A stretch of DNA of 64,000 nucleotides from Cyanophora paradoxa CCMP329 (GCA_004431415.1 QPMI01000425.1:1-64000), one strand, 5' to 3'. Positions 26,122 to 38,060 are shown, numbered from the stretch's first letter. Made by a program: numbers and translations. The notes: generated by a model not told the origin, from the letters alone.

Positions 26122-26915
26122 ATGCCAATACCAAGTTCTGATCTGGAGGAATTCAATGCTGGAGAAATGATAGAACCCCCTTTCCGACTACTCATACTAG
26201 GTAAAAGTGGATGCGGAAAAACAGAAGCTGTAAAGTATTATTTGAAACAGCTGCATGATGCGAAAAAAATTGATACAACCCTTATTATATCCGCTACGTC
26301 ATTCTCACATTTTTGGGACAAAGCTGCTACAGTGCAACTGGGTGCATGGGACCCCAATACATGTCGAAAATTATAAAAGAAAGAGAGGCAAAAAGGGAGA
26401 AAGGAGAAGAACTTAACCATATGCTGGTGATTTTAGAAGATATGATAGAAAATGACCAGCTGGATCTCAGTCGAGATAAAACAGTGGGAATGCTTTATGT
26501 TCGTGGCAGACATGTCAATATATCAATTATAACTATTTCTCAGAAATTGCGGAAGGTTGCAAGTGTAATTCGCTGCAATAGTGATATAGTAATTATGGTT
26601 TGTGCAAGCAATCAAAAAGAGCTGGAAGCATTTGCAGAGGAGTTTTCTACTTTTCCCCGCAAAGAAGATTTCTATAAACTTTTTGAGGAGTATGTGCATT
26701 CGTATCAATTCATTGTTTATACTTCTTTCAAGTATAATGTGGGCTACTATGTTGATAAAGCCGATTTAGTTGGAGATTTTGATTTTCCTCGCTTCCACAG
26801 GAAGCCCAAAAAGAAAGAAGATGAACTGAAACCTCCAGAGAAAGAGGAAGCCCCTAAAGAAGTGAAAAGCCAAGTCCATAGCAACAAATTGATGCGATAT
26901 AAACGCGGTTTATAA
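26122..26915 (+). CDS. A32/FtsK-like packaging ATPase, element B, one frameshift
   Basis: GKSGCGKT, MLVILEDM, RGRH.NISIITISQ and IRCN. Confidence 0.9.
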
Positions 26916-26943
26916 AATTATCTCTCATTCTAATAAAGATACA

Positions 26944-27678
26944 ATGCCTCCCAAACGAAAGATAGGGATCCCAGCTGGGGCTGTTGGCTATTCAGGAGGT
27001 GGAAACAGTGGATCCATTAACACAGACCCACTGAAATTCAATGGTATGAATGAGGTAAAGCCCTCACAACAACAAGAAGACCCCCTCAATGCTGCCTATG
27101 AGGAATCATTTGATGACAAAGCCCCACAGGCTTCAACCAGTGACCAACTCAACATTTCACCTGAAGCCTCAAAGATGAAGGCTGTTGCTGAGGGAGCCAG
27201 GCGAATTATTGGTGCTGCTGATGATAAAGGTTTAGGCTTGCAAGATCTATCACTGGCTCGCAAAGGTGAAGGTCTAAGTAAGGAATCAGACAAGGTAATC
27301 CAGTCCATGGCTGGTGAAGTCACATATAAGACTGCTCCCACTCAAAATATTCATCGAATTCCAAAGGCTCAATGGGATGAGATGACTGCTAAACTCAAAG
27401 ATCTGGAAGCCAAATCCAGTGCCTTGGAGCAGTATGTGACTGAGAAGAAAGAGAGAGCCAAGCTAAAGGAGATGCTTCGAAAGGAAGTTTATAAAATGGG
27501 CATTACTGGTGTCCCAGATAAACAGTTTATTGCTAAGAAAGAGAACCAAATCGATGAGCAAGCAGTAGATGAAATGAAAACAAAGACCCAAAAGGGAACC
27601 ATTGAACCTGGTGCCACTAAAGCTGAAGTAGAAAAGGGAGTAGCTCCCACAGTATATAAAAGACGAGTTTGGCTTTAA
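26944..27678 (+). CDS. Charged hypothetical protein (possible core protein)
   Basis: Intact 244 aa beginning MPPKRK; syntenic homologue at 8900-9480. Confidence 0.7.
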   Translation: MPPKRKIGIPAGAVGYSGGGNSGSINTDPLKFNGMNEVKPSQQQEDPLNAAYEESFDDKAPQASTSDQLNISPEASKMKAVAEGARRIIGAADDKGLGLQDLSLARKGEGLSKESDKVIQSMAGEVTYKTAPTQNIHRIPKAQWDEMTAKLKDLEAKSSALEQYVTEKKERAKLKEMLRKEVYKMGITGVPDKQFIAKKENQIDEQAVDEMKTKTQKGTIEPGATKAEVEKGVAPTVYKRRVWL

Positions 27679-27700
27679 TTTTCTCTGTTTTATTAGAGAC

Positions 27701-27973
27701 ATGGATATAATACGAAAGTTTATTGAGATGCTCAGTCTGCATGTGGTAAGCAATTGCCACAGTGGATGCTGTGACACAACAATAGAGTTTGAGATGTCAG
27801 ATACTGAGGATAATGTATCTGAGGCAAGAGAGAGAAGGAGATCAACAGTTTCTGTGGAGTCAATGCCAGCAGACCCCACAGAGTATACATATGAGCAACA
27901 GGAGTATCCAAGGAGAAGTTCTCTGCCAGCAGAAAACGTTTTCTCTGGGAATATAAATGGAGGACACTATTAG
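27701..27973 (+). CDS. Small Cys-rich hypothetical protein
   Basis: Conserved with the element A gene at 9809. Confidence 0.65.
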   Translation: MDIIRKFIEMLSLHVVSNCHSGCCDTTIEFEMSDTEDNVSEARERRRSTVSVESMPADPTEYTYEQQEYPRRSSLPAENVFSGNINGGHY

Positions 27974-28205
27974 TTTAATCGAGTTTACCAGTGATGAACC
28001 TGTTACTGAGGGGTCTATAAGACACATTCTGGCAATGCAGAAACGATATAGAGAGGACCCAGAATATAGAGAGTATAAAAAGCAGCAAGCCCTGGCATCC
28101 TATTATCGCAGAAAAGCCCAAAAGAGGAGCAGAGACCCAGAGGGAGACCGATTAAATATTATTTGCCTACTGATAGTAGCAATGGACCCCAGGTCTATAA
28201 GATAA
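27957..28205 (+). CDS. Small basic hypothetical protein
   Basis: RYREDPEYREYKKQQALASYYRRK; homologue at 10341-10668. Confidence 0.55.
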   Translation: MEDTISLIEFTSDEPVTEGSIRHILAMQKRYREDPEYREYKKQQALASYYRRKAQKRSRDPEGDRLNIICLLIVAMDPRSIR

Positions 28206-28282
28206 TTGAGCAAAAGCGGTCTCAGTATGCCACTGAGGCAGCTATAAAAATATATACAAAGGAATTGGCTTTATACTTGCAA

Positions 28283-28588
28283 TCAATTGCAAGTCACAGA
28301 TAACTTTTGTAAATATGCTTTTGTAATTTTTTTTGCATTTTCAGACACTGAAACAGTTATGTGAATGTTTACTGATCTATTCCTCTTTGGTTTAGCTGCA
28401 TACATATTGTAACCTATCAATCTCTGTGACATTTCGATATATGCCCCTATATCTCCATGCTTTATGCATTTATCTAACTCACTCATGGTCATCTCATCAA
28501 GAGTCTTTGCCATTTTGTCTTCACTATACACAATCAAGTAAGCCTTAAGTATTCTTGTCAAATTTTGGTCTTTTTCGATAGGTGTCAC
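28283..28588 (-). CDS. Hypothetical protein
   Basis: 101-aa ORF, non-ATG start in track, no motif recognised. Confidence 0.3.
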   Translation of the reverse strand: MTPIEKDQNLTRILKAYLIVYSEDKMAKTLDEMTMSELDKCIKHGDIGAYIEMSQRLIGYNMYAAKPKRNRSVNIHITVSVSENAKKITKAYLQKLSVTCN

Positions 28589-28691
28589 AGGTGTTCACAG
28601 GTTTTTATCGTCCCCTGGTCATTTTTCTTTTTATAGCCCCCTAGATGGGATGGACCTGTGACACCTGTGAACAACACCATTTCCAGTAAGG
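28581..28691. promoter_or_regulatory. Putative internal replication origin (inverted GTGTCACAG iteron pairs)
   Basis: GGTGTCACAGGTGTTCACAGG ... GACCTGTGACACCTGTGAAC ... CAGTAAGG just downstream of the helicase stop; same architecture as two units in each TIR. Confidence 0.45.
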
Positions 28692-28733
28692 CTATAAAAA
28701 TTAAATATACATTTCAATCATAAATCGTTTTGT

Positions 28734-31058
28734 TTAATATTCAACATCCTCTCCATTGTCTTCTTGAACCCTTGTTATCTTTCGAAGTCCAATGTAGCCC
28801 CTTGCTCTGGTTCCCTGAATTCGTTTAACCTCTGATTTCACATTGAAGATTTCCCTTACTCTCTTCATCACAGAAACACATTCAACTTTATCATCCACAC
28901 TTCTGTATGATTTGTAAATGGTATCACTCGAAACAAAGTCGTTTGCATTATGGGTAACTTCGAAATTATCCCTAAGCCATTCACCAATCTTGTCATTTTC
29001 AGCTATAAAGTTTATTCCCTGCTCAATAATCGATTGAGGGGGATTTCTTAAGATCTCTTCAACTTCTTTGTTCTTCCACATATCCAGTAATATCTTCATG
29101 TGAGCCATCTTATACACATCATCATTGTGAAGAAGTGTGAACAGAGTTGGGTCAGCTTTCTTTTGACCAGCTTCAGGCTTCTCTCTGAATATATTATTGA
29201 ATCTCTGGTATGAAAGCCTTCTTTGAATTGCAAAGTCTGGTTTATTTATAGTCAAATTGTCATTAGTTGTAATGTAAACCTGGAACATTGGAGTGAGGAT
29301 TACTGGGTCTTTGAACAAGGCTCTCACAGTCATTTCATTTCCACCTGTGACCTCCTTAATTTTGGAAATTTGCAGTTTATCACCATCTTCAGCCTCATTA
29401 CTGAATACAAGTCGCTTTCCCAGGAGTTTGGCAAGTTCAGGGTAGCATCTGATGAGTTCTTCTTAGGTTTGGTCCAATAGGATATTTCGAGAGGGCTGTA
29501 ATAAGCCCCAGATATCTGTTTGCAGTATTCCTGAACAAGTGATTTACCATTAGCACCAGCACCAGTCCACATGTAGAACTTCTGTGATTTTGTTGATCCA
29601 CTCAAAGCAATTGCAATAGATGCCAGAAGATAGTTTCGCTCTGCTGGATCATCTACAATCTCTCTATAAATCTGATTGAGATGCTCCACTTTCTTGGGGT
29701 CTACATTCTCAGTAAAATCATAACCCACACTCTTGCTCACCATATCTTCCAGTTTACCCTTTCTGAAAGTCATAGTTGTCAGATCAAATACACCATTATC
29801 GAATCCAATTACATATGGAACTGTATCAATCTTTTCATAGAATTCATCATCATTTAGCAGAGGGAGCAGATCAGTCAGAAGGGATTTGCGATATCCTGAT
29901 TGTTTAAGATTTTTGGCAATAGAAATTAATGTTTTTGATTTCTCTTCGAAAGCTGTTCTATTCTCTTCATCCTTCAAAGCTCTTTGGCTATAATGCACAG
30001 CCCTGCCAAGGTATTGAGGACAACAAGGCAACTAATATCTAGGTAAATCTTTTGGTTTGTGTCATCATGCTCCCAAATCCCAGTATCAGTATTGAGTTTG
30101 AACCATGACTTTTTGGAGTATCTCCAAGTGTGTTGTAGGACCTCTTTGCACACAAGACTGACATCATAATGAGCGCCTCCAGAGCCAGCGGATTTATCAA
30201 TGAGATTGAAGATATCAGATTGCATTCCAATGAAGATAAATCGTTTTTTGCAATTGCCACTGTAGCTGGACACAATATACTTTTTATCTTCCCTTTGGCT
30301 TTCATAACATACCAGTTATTCGATTCATGTGACCCATTGCAGCATGGGCAATTGAGTCCCTTATTAGCAGCATCAAAGTTAAAGCCCAGTTCAGTTTTAG
30401 AGATTATATTGGGATGCATAAAGCCCATATCCACCAGCTCTTTCATAATACTCTTTTCCAATTCATCATGTGAGGTAGCATTAGCAGTATACTCACTCTT
30501 ATAGATATAGTTGTCTATAATCCACTTTTTGAACTCATCAGTAGGCTCATTGAAATCACAGGTATCATCCCATGGGGCAATCACCCAAGTCTTGTTCACA
30601 CTAGGACAAACATTGATCAATCCAGAAGTTCCAGTTCCAGTGATTGTTTTCAGGTCAACCTTTTCAAAGCCTTTAAAGCCTGGAGCCTTATCGGTGATTT
30701 TGAGTTTATTGAACTCCTCAGGTCGTTTAAAGTAGACATGATAGCCTTTTTTAGTTTTTGCCATGGGTTGATTGGCATCAAAGTCATCAGGAAACATATC
30801 TCGGAATTTCTCAAAGTCCTCCTCATCATCAAAGTCAATAACCGTCATGTTGTCTGAGAGCAGAATGCCCCAAGATACATACTGATTAGTTGCCAGCGCT
30901 TCCTCATACTTTTCCCAGGACCAAGCACCTCCCTTATGCTTGAAAACTGGGTCTTTGCTGTCAGGTTTCACTGGGATAATCATGTTTTTGGCAAGTTCCT
31001 CATCAGAACGAAGCCAGTTAGCGAGCGATTTAATTAACTTGGTCTGTTTGGCGTTCAT
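28734..31058 (-). CDS. Prim-Pol primase fused to D5-like SF3 helicase, two frameshifts
   Basis: WGILL...VIDFD and KTKKGYHVYF (Prim-Pol); CPCC..SH Zn site; IGFDNGVFDL (D5_N); Walker A GAGANGKS; TVRALFK, TTN and AIQRRL SF3 motifs; basic C-terminal winged-helix-like tail. Confidence 0.88.
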
Positions 31059-31075
31059 TTTCAGCGATCGGGGTC

Positions 31076-31114
31076 CCTTTTATATATATAGAAGATTTTT
31101 CTTTAAGTAGTTTT
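31076..31114 (-). promoter_or_regulatory. Putative promoter block upstream of the primase-helicase gene
   Basis: 39-bp block repeated with one mismatch at 32399-32437 upstream of another minus-strand gene; reads ACTTAAAGAAA.ATCTTCTATATATA on the coding strand. Confidence 0.6.
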
Positions 31115-31269
31115 GGGTCCCCCAATCATTTTTTGTTGGAAATCGAGAAAGTATCCCTACGAAATTTATCCACATGATATATCGAGTGGTTCAGATACAA
31201 AAACGATAAAGTAGTATTTCAGCGAATAAACAGCATATCCCAGCCTAGTAATATGCTGGGAAAAATAAT

Positions 31270-31524
31270 TTAGACATGTTTCAATTTTCTCCCTCGATTT
31301 GAGTAAGGGACATCATACAAATACTTGACAAAGCAGACTGCATTGGCTGCATACTTTCGCTGACATGAACTTGCTATTTTCATGGCTCTATAAGTATCAT
31401 TAGTGTTATATAGATCTCTAAGCTGTGTGGCTATTTTTTCGTTAAACTTTTTTCTTTGAGCCTTACCTTTTTCAGTTTGCTGGTATCTCTTCATAGCTCT
31501 CTTCTGGGCTTCACTGAGTGGCAT
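31270..31524 (-). CDS. Small basic hypothetical protein
   Basis: 84 aa beginning MPLSEAQKRAMKRYQQTEKGK; preceded by a variant of the promoter block. Confidence 0.6.
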   Translation of the reverse strand: MPLSEAQKRAMKRYQQTEKGKAQRKKFNEKIATQLRDLYNTNDTYRAMKIASSCQRKYAANAVCFVKYLYDVPYSNRGRKLKHV

Positions 31525-31580
31525 TTTTCCTCTGTCTCTCTTAATATATATAGAGAATTCTTTAAATCATTTTTTGTTCT

Positions 31581-32395
31581 CTACCCTCTTTGTCCAAATC
31601 GCTCAATATACATAAGTTTGAAATGCTTACCTAGCAATGCTACAAATGGTTCGATTTCCAAGGTCTCCCATGTTTTCTTGTCCTTATTCCATCTGCAATC
31701 TAATCCTTTTGCGATATCTTTTTTAAGATAAGGCACCTGAAACCCAGCAACCAATGTATTTGTTGTACTGAGTTCTGCATACATTTCAATCAATGCAGAT
31801 CTGCCCTCTCTGAACCTCTCTATATCATCTCTGCGAAGATTATCCATTTTCGGAATAAACTGGTTGCTCCAAATCAGGAAAAGGTTAACTGCATGTTTAT
31901 TCCTTGCTCTTTCTTGTTCTAATTCTCTCTGTTTTCGCTCTCTTTCTTCTAATTCAAGCTGCCTCTTTCGAGCTTCCTCTTGTTTTTCAAGTTCTCTTTT
32001 CTTTCCAGTTCTTCTTGCTTTAAAGCGATTCTGCACTTATTACAGAAATTATCCTTTCGGTTTTTATGCCGATCTCCACATCTTTCACATATATCTTGAC
32101 CTCTGGCACCCTTTGGAATAAATCGTAAAATGCAGCAATTCCCAACAATGACCACAATCTTTTTATTAACATGCAGAATATAGCATTGCTCTTTAATTGG
32201 ATGATCACAGGCGCAATGCTCAGACTCTGGAGGCAGGTCATAGTCACTTAATCCATATTTTGCAAGCTTTGCCCAAAGAGGGAGCGGTTTCCTGTTACTT
32301 CCAAGAGCAACATAATCATTGAAGTTATCAGATCCACAAAGCAACATTAAAGCCGCTTTGAGCTTTTCCAGGCAATACGATTTCTTCTCTGCCAT
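31581..32395 (-). CDS. Zn-binding protein with coiled coil and C-terminal DUF5710-like domain, one frameshift
   Basis: CACDHPI...VGNCC, CERC...CNKC; C-terminal VPYLKKDIAKGLDCRWNKDKKTW matches the repeats of 44843-45157. Confidence 0.65.
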
Positions 32396-32504
32396 TGTCC
32401 TTTTATATATATAGAAGATATTTCTTTAAGTAGTTTTCATCAAATTTTGTGTTCAGAATTCCCCATTTAAAACCTCCCCTTTTAGTAGGAACAAGTTAGG
32501 AACT

Positions 32505-35500
32505 ATGCCCGAATTAGCAACAGACTCATTAGAGAGAAGAAATGGGAACTTATGGGATTACTGGAACACTGTATGCAGCCCATGAAATCACAGAGGCTGA
32601 ATATGACCGGGAAATCGGATTTATTTCAAGGGCAGACCCACTTTAGCAAAATTAACCAGAAAAGCCAATAACCTCTATGATAAAGTTGAAACTCTTGATG
32701 AACTCGATCGCCTGAGGCAAATAGAACCAGAGGCAGAAGATGGCACAGCCATGAATGAATTATATCGCTGGCTCACATACAGAGCCAGAAGGGAAGTTGT
32801 TGTAGATGTGATTGAATATTTAGATAGAATTGCAACCTCTCTACCAAAACGTTTAAGGGATAGTCTGGATCAATTCAGGGCAATCAAGGTTCGCTTGTCG
32901 TTTATCTGCAAGTTCGTTAAAGTCAGCAATCCGCAGGTTTGGATATCGAAATACATTTACAGCGATTATTTTGTATTAACCAAATCGAGAAATATTCGAA
33001 CTGAGCTGAATAAAGCAGCCCAAATGTGTCAGGAGCAGATGAATGTGGTTGACAGCTATCGACTTGAAAGAATCGAAATGCTAAGAGTTGCTATTATGAG
33101 TTATGCCCCAACTGGTGGCTGCTATGTTAAAACACCAGAATCAATTGCAGCTAAGAAAGCCACAGTGAATATTCGAAATATTGATGATTCTTGCTTTGAA
33201 AATGCCATTTTGGCATGGATCCATAGGAAAGATGTAAATTCCCACAAGAGAAGTGAGCTTACACAATATCGCAAATGGAAATACTCACCAACCACATACA
33301 ATCCTTTGGCTCTCAATTTCGACAATATCCCATTCCCTGTTGCCTGTGATGCTGAAATAATTGATAAATTCGAGGCTCAAAATGCAGGCATTAGCATTAA
33401 TATATTTGGAATCGATGGAGAGGTTATTTATCCCTGCATCAATCCAGCAACCCAGGCAGAAAGCAAAAGATTAATCTCATGCTCATTCATGATGATGAAG
33501 GGAATGGTCACTATATTACTATTATGTCACTCTCAAGACTTCTCAGAGTTGCCCTTGATAAAACCAAGGATCAAAAGTTACACTACTGTGACACATGCTT
33601 ATCTCGATTTAGGTCTGAGGCTAAACTCACTGCTCATGTGGACTCAAACAGATGCATTGATTGGAGACTCTCAAAGGGAATCACACCAAAACCTGAGACC
33701 ACCATAGAGTTTGGACTCAAAAACCTTAGGAAAACTGTATGGCTTCCTGTTGTGGTCTACTGCAAGATTGAACATAGAAGCATCCCCATTGATGCATCGA
33801 AATCCAAGAGGGAAGTCTCAGCAGTCAACCTCAGAGTAGTCACTGGGGCAGATGTTCAAGATTTTCGTTTTGAGGGGCAGGATCCAATGGGAGGTCTGTT
33901 TGAATGCTTGGAGTCCAAAGCTAGAGAACTAATCGATTTCCTGTTCACCAATATTCCTATGAATGAACTCACAGATGAGCAGAAAGCAATTTACAGAGCT
34001 ACCAAAAACTGTTACCTTTGCAGTGAGAGATTCACTAAGGAGAACTTTAAATGCAGAGATCATGATCACCACACAGGTCAGTACATTGCTCCTGCTTGCA
34101 GAAACTGCAATCTCCATAGGAGAATCTCAAAGCAAACCAAAGTAGCAGTGGTTGTTGACCAAATGGATGACTGTGGGTCATTCATTTTCAGAAAAATAGC
34201 AGGTTTGGGAGATAAAAAGCGAATCGAAATCCTTTCGAAAAACTTTGATCAATACCTTTCATTGCAATGGGTCTTTACAAGTTCATTGATGCAAGTAATT
34301 TCATGGATTTTGGAGCTGCTGATGTAGATGAGTTAATGAACAAATTCCAAGCCTTCAGAAGGCTTTCACACTCAGTATATGGACTTGACCCAGTTCATTA
34401 TGTATCTGCCCCTGGGTTATCTTGGGATGCTATGCTTAGGACCACCAAGGCAAAAATAGAGCTTATAAGTGATGTAGAGCAATACGAATTTGTTGAGAGG
34501 GGAATCAGGGTGGCTTTGCAACAATGCCTTGTAGGTATGCTGAGGCTGATGGTGAAAACTCCCACATTATGCTGTTTGATGCTAACAACTTGTATGGCTA
34601 CTGTTTGAGTCAGCCAATTCCAGTTGGTGATTTTAGATGGGAGACCGAATTCAACCCACAAGATAACAGATCCAGTTTCCTAGAAGTTGATCTGGATTAC
34701 CCAATTAGGCTGTTTCTAGATCACAGTGATTTCCCCCTAATTATTAACAAGAAAATAGTAGAATATGCGGAATTATCACAATATCAAAAGAGCCTATTAG
34801 ATCTCTCAGGAGAAGAGCTTGATAAAACCCCAAAGCTAACTGCAACCTTTGGTTCTGTGGCAAACTATGTGATTTCTGAGCCTCTCCTACAGTATCTGTT
34901 GGACAAAGGGGTGAAATTAAAGAAGGTTCACAGGGTCCTATCATTTACTGTGGCTCCTGTAATGAAATCTTATATTGAGCTGAACACTGAGATGAGAAGG
35001 AAAGCAGTGAATAAATTCGAGGCTGATTTCTATAAACTGATGAATAATTCAATCTATGGGAAATGCATTGAATCATGTAGAGGTAGATCTGTGGTTAAGA
35101 TTGCAAACAGTGAAAAGCTATTTATGAAATATGCAGCCTCTCCATTGGTGAAATCAACAAGCCCATAAACGAAAAAGCAGTTGCCTTTGAGTTTTACACA
35201 AAGCATGTGAAACTAGATAAGCCTGTTGCAATTGGGGCTTATGTTTTGGATGCAGCCAAACTGCATAATTACCAGTTCTTCTATGATACTATAAGGTCCC
35301 AATGGTCCAAAGCCAAATTACTGTTCCATGATACTGATTCCTTTTGTCTATATATCGAATCTAAGACCCTACAAAAAGATATAGAGAATATATCCTATGC
35401 ATTAGACCTTGGAGGTGATTCCAGAATGACCCAGGTAAATACAAAAATGAGATGCCAGGTTCTGCTTTATTGGAGTATGTGGGTCTAAGAGCCAAAGTTT

Positions 35501-35742
35501 ACAGTTTCAGAACTGCTGAGATTGAGAGAAGTAAGCTCTCTGGGACTTCCACTGAGGAACTCCAATTTAATGATTTTAAGCAGTGTTTATTTGCAGGTAT
35601 CAGCAAGACTGTGACTGCAAAGCAGAAAAGAAGGGCAGACCACACAATAATAGATACTGTGAGTAGAAGGGTTGCCCTAAACTGCTTTGATGCAAAGAGA
35701 TACATCTTACCAGATGGTATTAATTCTGTTCCTTTTAATTAA
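32505..35742 (+). CDS. polB: Protein-primed family B DNA polymerase (Maverick type) with protease-like N-terminal region and inserted endonuclease VII-like Zn domain, frameshifted
   Basis: Polymerase motifs FDANNLYG, KLMNNSIYGK, HDTDSF, GLRAKVYS and FDAKRYIL; CYLC...RDHDH.TG....ACRNCNL insert; N-terminal DDSCFENAI...GHY. Confidence 0.92.
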
Positions 35743-35745
35743 GAG

Positions 35746-37130
35746 ATGCCAGCAACTGGAAGAATAGTTAGGAGAACCACTGACCAACTGCAAGGTAACC
35801 TACTGCCTATCACAGTTCCAAAGGAGGAAAAGGGGGAATCTCGAATTGTTAAAAAGTCAGAGATGAAAGAGCTTGTCCCTGTAGAGATCCCAGTTGCCAT
35901 TGCAGTGAAAGAAACCAGCAAGATTGCCAAAAGATTCTATGATGTGAGAACTGGTTACAAAGGGCTTCAAGCTATGAGGGCTGAGTTACCAGATGAGTCC
36001 TATAAGCAATTGCAAGAGTTCTATAAAAAACAAGAAGTTGTTCAGATCAATGCACCTGCTATATCTAGAAAGAGAGATCCCATGGTCCCAATCAGACAAC
36101 CCTTGATACCTATGTAATTGATTTGCTCTTTTTCCCAGCTTATAAGAAACAAAACAATGGCTATGATACCTTTATGACTGCTATGGAATCCACACTGAGA
36201 ACTGGGTATATTATACCTATAAGGGATAAATCAGCTCTCACTACATTGGCTGCATTTAAACAGCTTGAGATGAGAGTGGCAAGACCAATAGTAAAGGTTC
36301 AATCAGATGCTGGAAGTGAGTTCCAAAATCGAATATTCCAGGAGTATTTATCTAGTAAATTCATAGAACACCAAGTGAGTGGAACTGCTGACCACAGAAG
36401 CCAAGGTCGAATTGAAGCCTTTAACAAGCAGATTAAGAGACTGATCACAAACTACTGCATAGCTAATAACACAGCTAGATTTTTTGATGTGTTAGGTGAT
36501 ATTGAGTATAATTACAATAATACAGTTCACTCAGCTACTAAGATGAAGCCAGGCGAAACTACAGAGGAGCATTATAGGTATATAGTGGGATTAGAAGATG
36601 AGAGATTCAAGAAATCAATAGCTTATCTTGATACCATGCAACCTGGCATGTTTGTTAGAGTGAAAGTTGAGAAGAACCCCTTTGCTAAACAGGGTAACAA
36701 TTGGTCTAGGATGGTTTACACTGTTGATAGTAGGGAAGGCTTTAAGTTTAAGCTAAGGAGTCCCACTGGTGAGATCATTGATAACAGGTTTGCTTTCCAT
36801 GAGCTGTTGCCTGTGAATGCAGTTGAGTATCTGGAAACCCCTACAGTAGATGCCTTAGAGCAAGCCAAAGAAGAAGCCAGGGTTGATGCTGCTATAAGGA
36901 GAGAGGGCATTGAGGCTGCTAATGAAGTCCCAGATAAGCCTTTGATAGAGGCTAGAAAGGAGAAGACTGGCAAGGTTAATAGGGAACTCAAAAAGCTCAC
37001 CATAGCAGGAACACAGAAACTTTCAGAAGTGAATAGCCAGAGATGGTATAATGACTTTCAAACTACTAAGGAGTCATATACAGCCCCTAAACCTCAAAGA
37101 ACACTAAGAGAAAGGACCAAAACTAGCTAG
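35746..37130 (+). CDS. Retroviral-like (rve) integrase, element B, one frameshift
   Basis: DDE triad IDLLF / QSDAGSEF / RIEAFNKQIK; YNNTVHSATKMKP. Confidence 0.92.
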
Positions 37131-37309
37131 TTTCGATGCCGAAAACTCGTTTTTTCCAAATATATGTATGTGTGATGTACATATATGCATATGATATACA
37201 CATCAACTTGTAGATCTTTTCAAGCGCTTCACAACGCTATGCAGAACGTTGCAAGTAGACAATCTGGTGATCAGATACAAGCGTTTGAAGATGCCGACAA
37301 TCCTGATTG

Positions 37310-38060
37310 GTTGATAAAAGATGTGCCAAAAAAATGCGACATGGATAATAGCCTAAAAAAATATGCGCCATGGATAATGCTCCATTACAAAAAAATGCGC
37401 CATTGAAATGAGCCATGGATAAGGTTGACAAAAAATGCAACATGGATAATGCTTTAGATAACAAAAAAATGTGCCATGGATAATATTTAGTAAAAAAAGT
37501 GCGACATGGATAATGTGACACTGACCATATCGCCGTGATCGTCATGATCTCCCGAGTCCGATGGTGTGTCATATATATCACATACATATGCATCGTCATT
37601 ATGACGTCATTACAATCGTTTACCCCACTGTGGTTTATTCCCAGGTTTTCATGGCGCATTTAATGGCGCATTTTATGGCGCATTTAATGGCGCAATTTAT
37701 GGCGTATTTTATGGCGCATTTAATAAAAATTCCCTACTCTGTGGCATGAGCCAATAGGAAGCAAGCAAATTAAAGTATTAATAATAATATTTTATCTGAG
37801 ATGAAATCTGAGGTATTATCTGAGATATTATCTGAGGTATTATCTGAGATATTATCTGAGATGTTACCTGAGATGTAAACCTGGGGAGAAGTTGAAGGGG
37901 GATACATACAAACACTGATGATCTGTTTTAATGATGCATCATAATGATGCATCATATCAAACTGTGTATATATATATCGCCGTGATCGTCATGATCTCCC
38001 GAGTCCGCCGGTGTGTCATATATATCATATACATATGCAACGTCATGATGACGTCATACC
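37310..38060. repeat. Subterminal non-coding repeat region of element B
   Basis: AAAAAATGCGMCATGGATAA-like units (37325-37515), ATGGCGCATTTW 12-mers (37651-37722), TCTGAGRTATTA 12-mers (37795-37875) and a ~75-bp duplication (37527 and 37974). Confidence 0.85.

Noticed and set aside
1-37130. Pervasive frameshifts suggesting ancient pseudogenisation or programmed frameshifting
   Set aside because: The left TIR differs from the right mainly by 1-bp deletions. Frameshift density falls from left to right, and the left half of element A is broken while its right half is intact. This is best explained by low-coverage long-read error; polishing would decide.
37310-37880. Short regular repeats as a possible CRISPR-like array (also 61437-61516)
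   Set aside because: The repeats are contiguous or have very short related spacers, there are no cas genes, and the context is eukaryotic.
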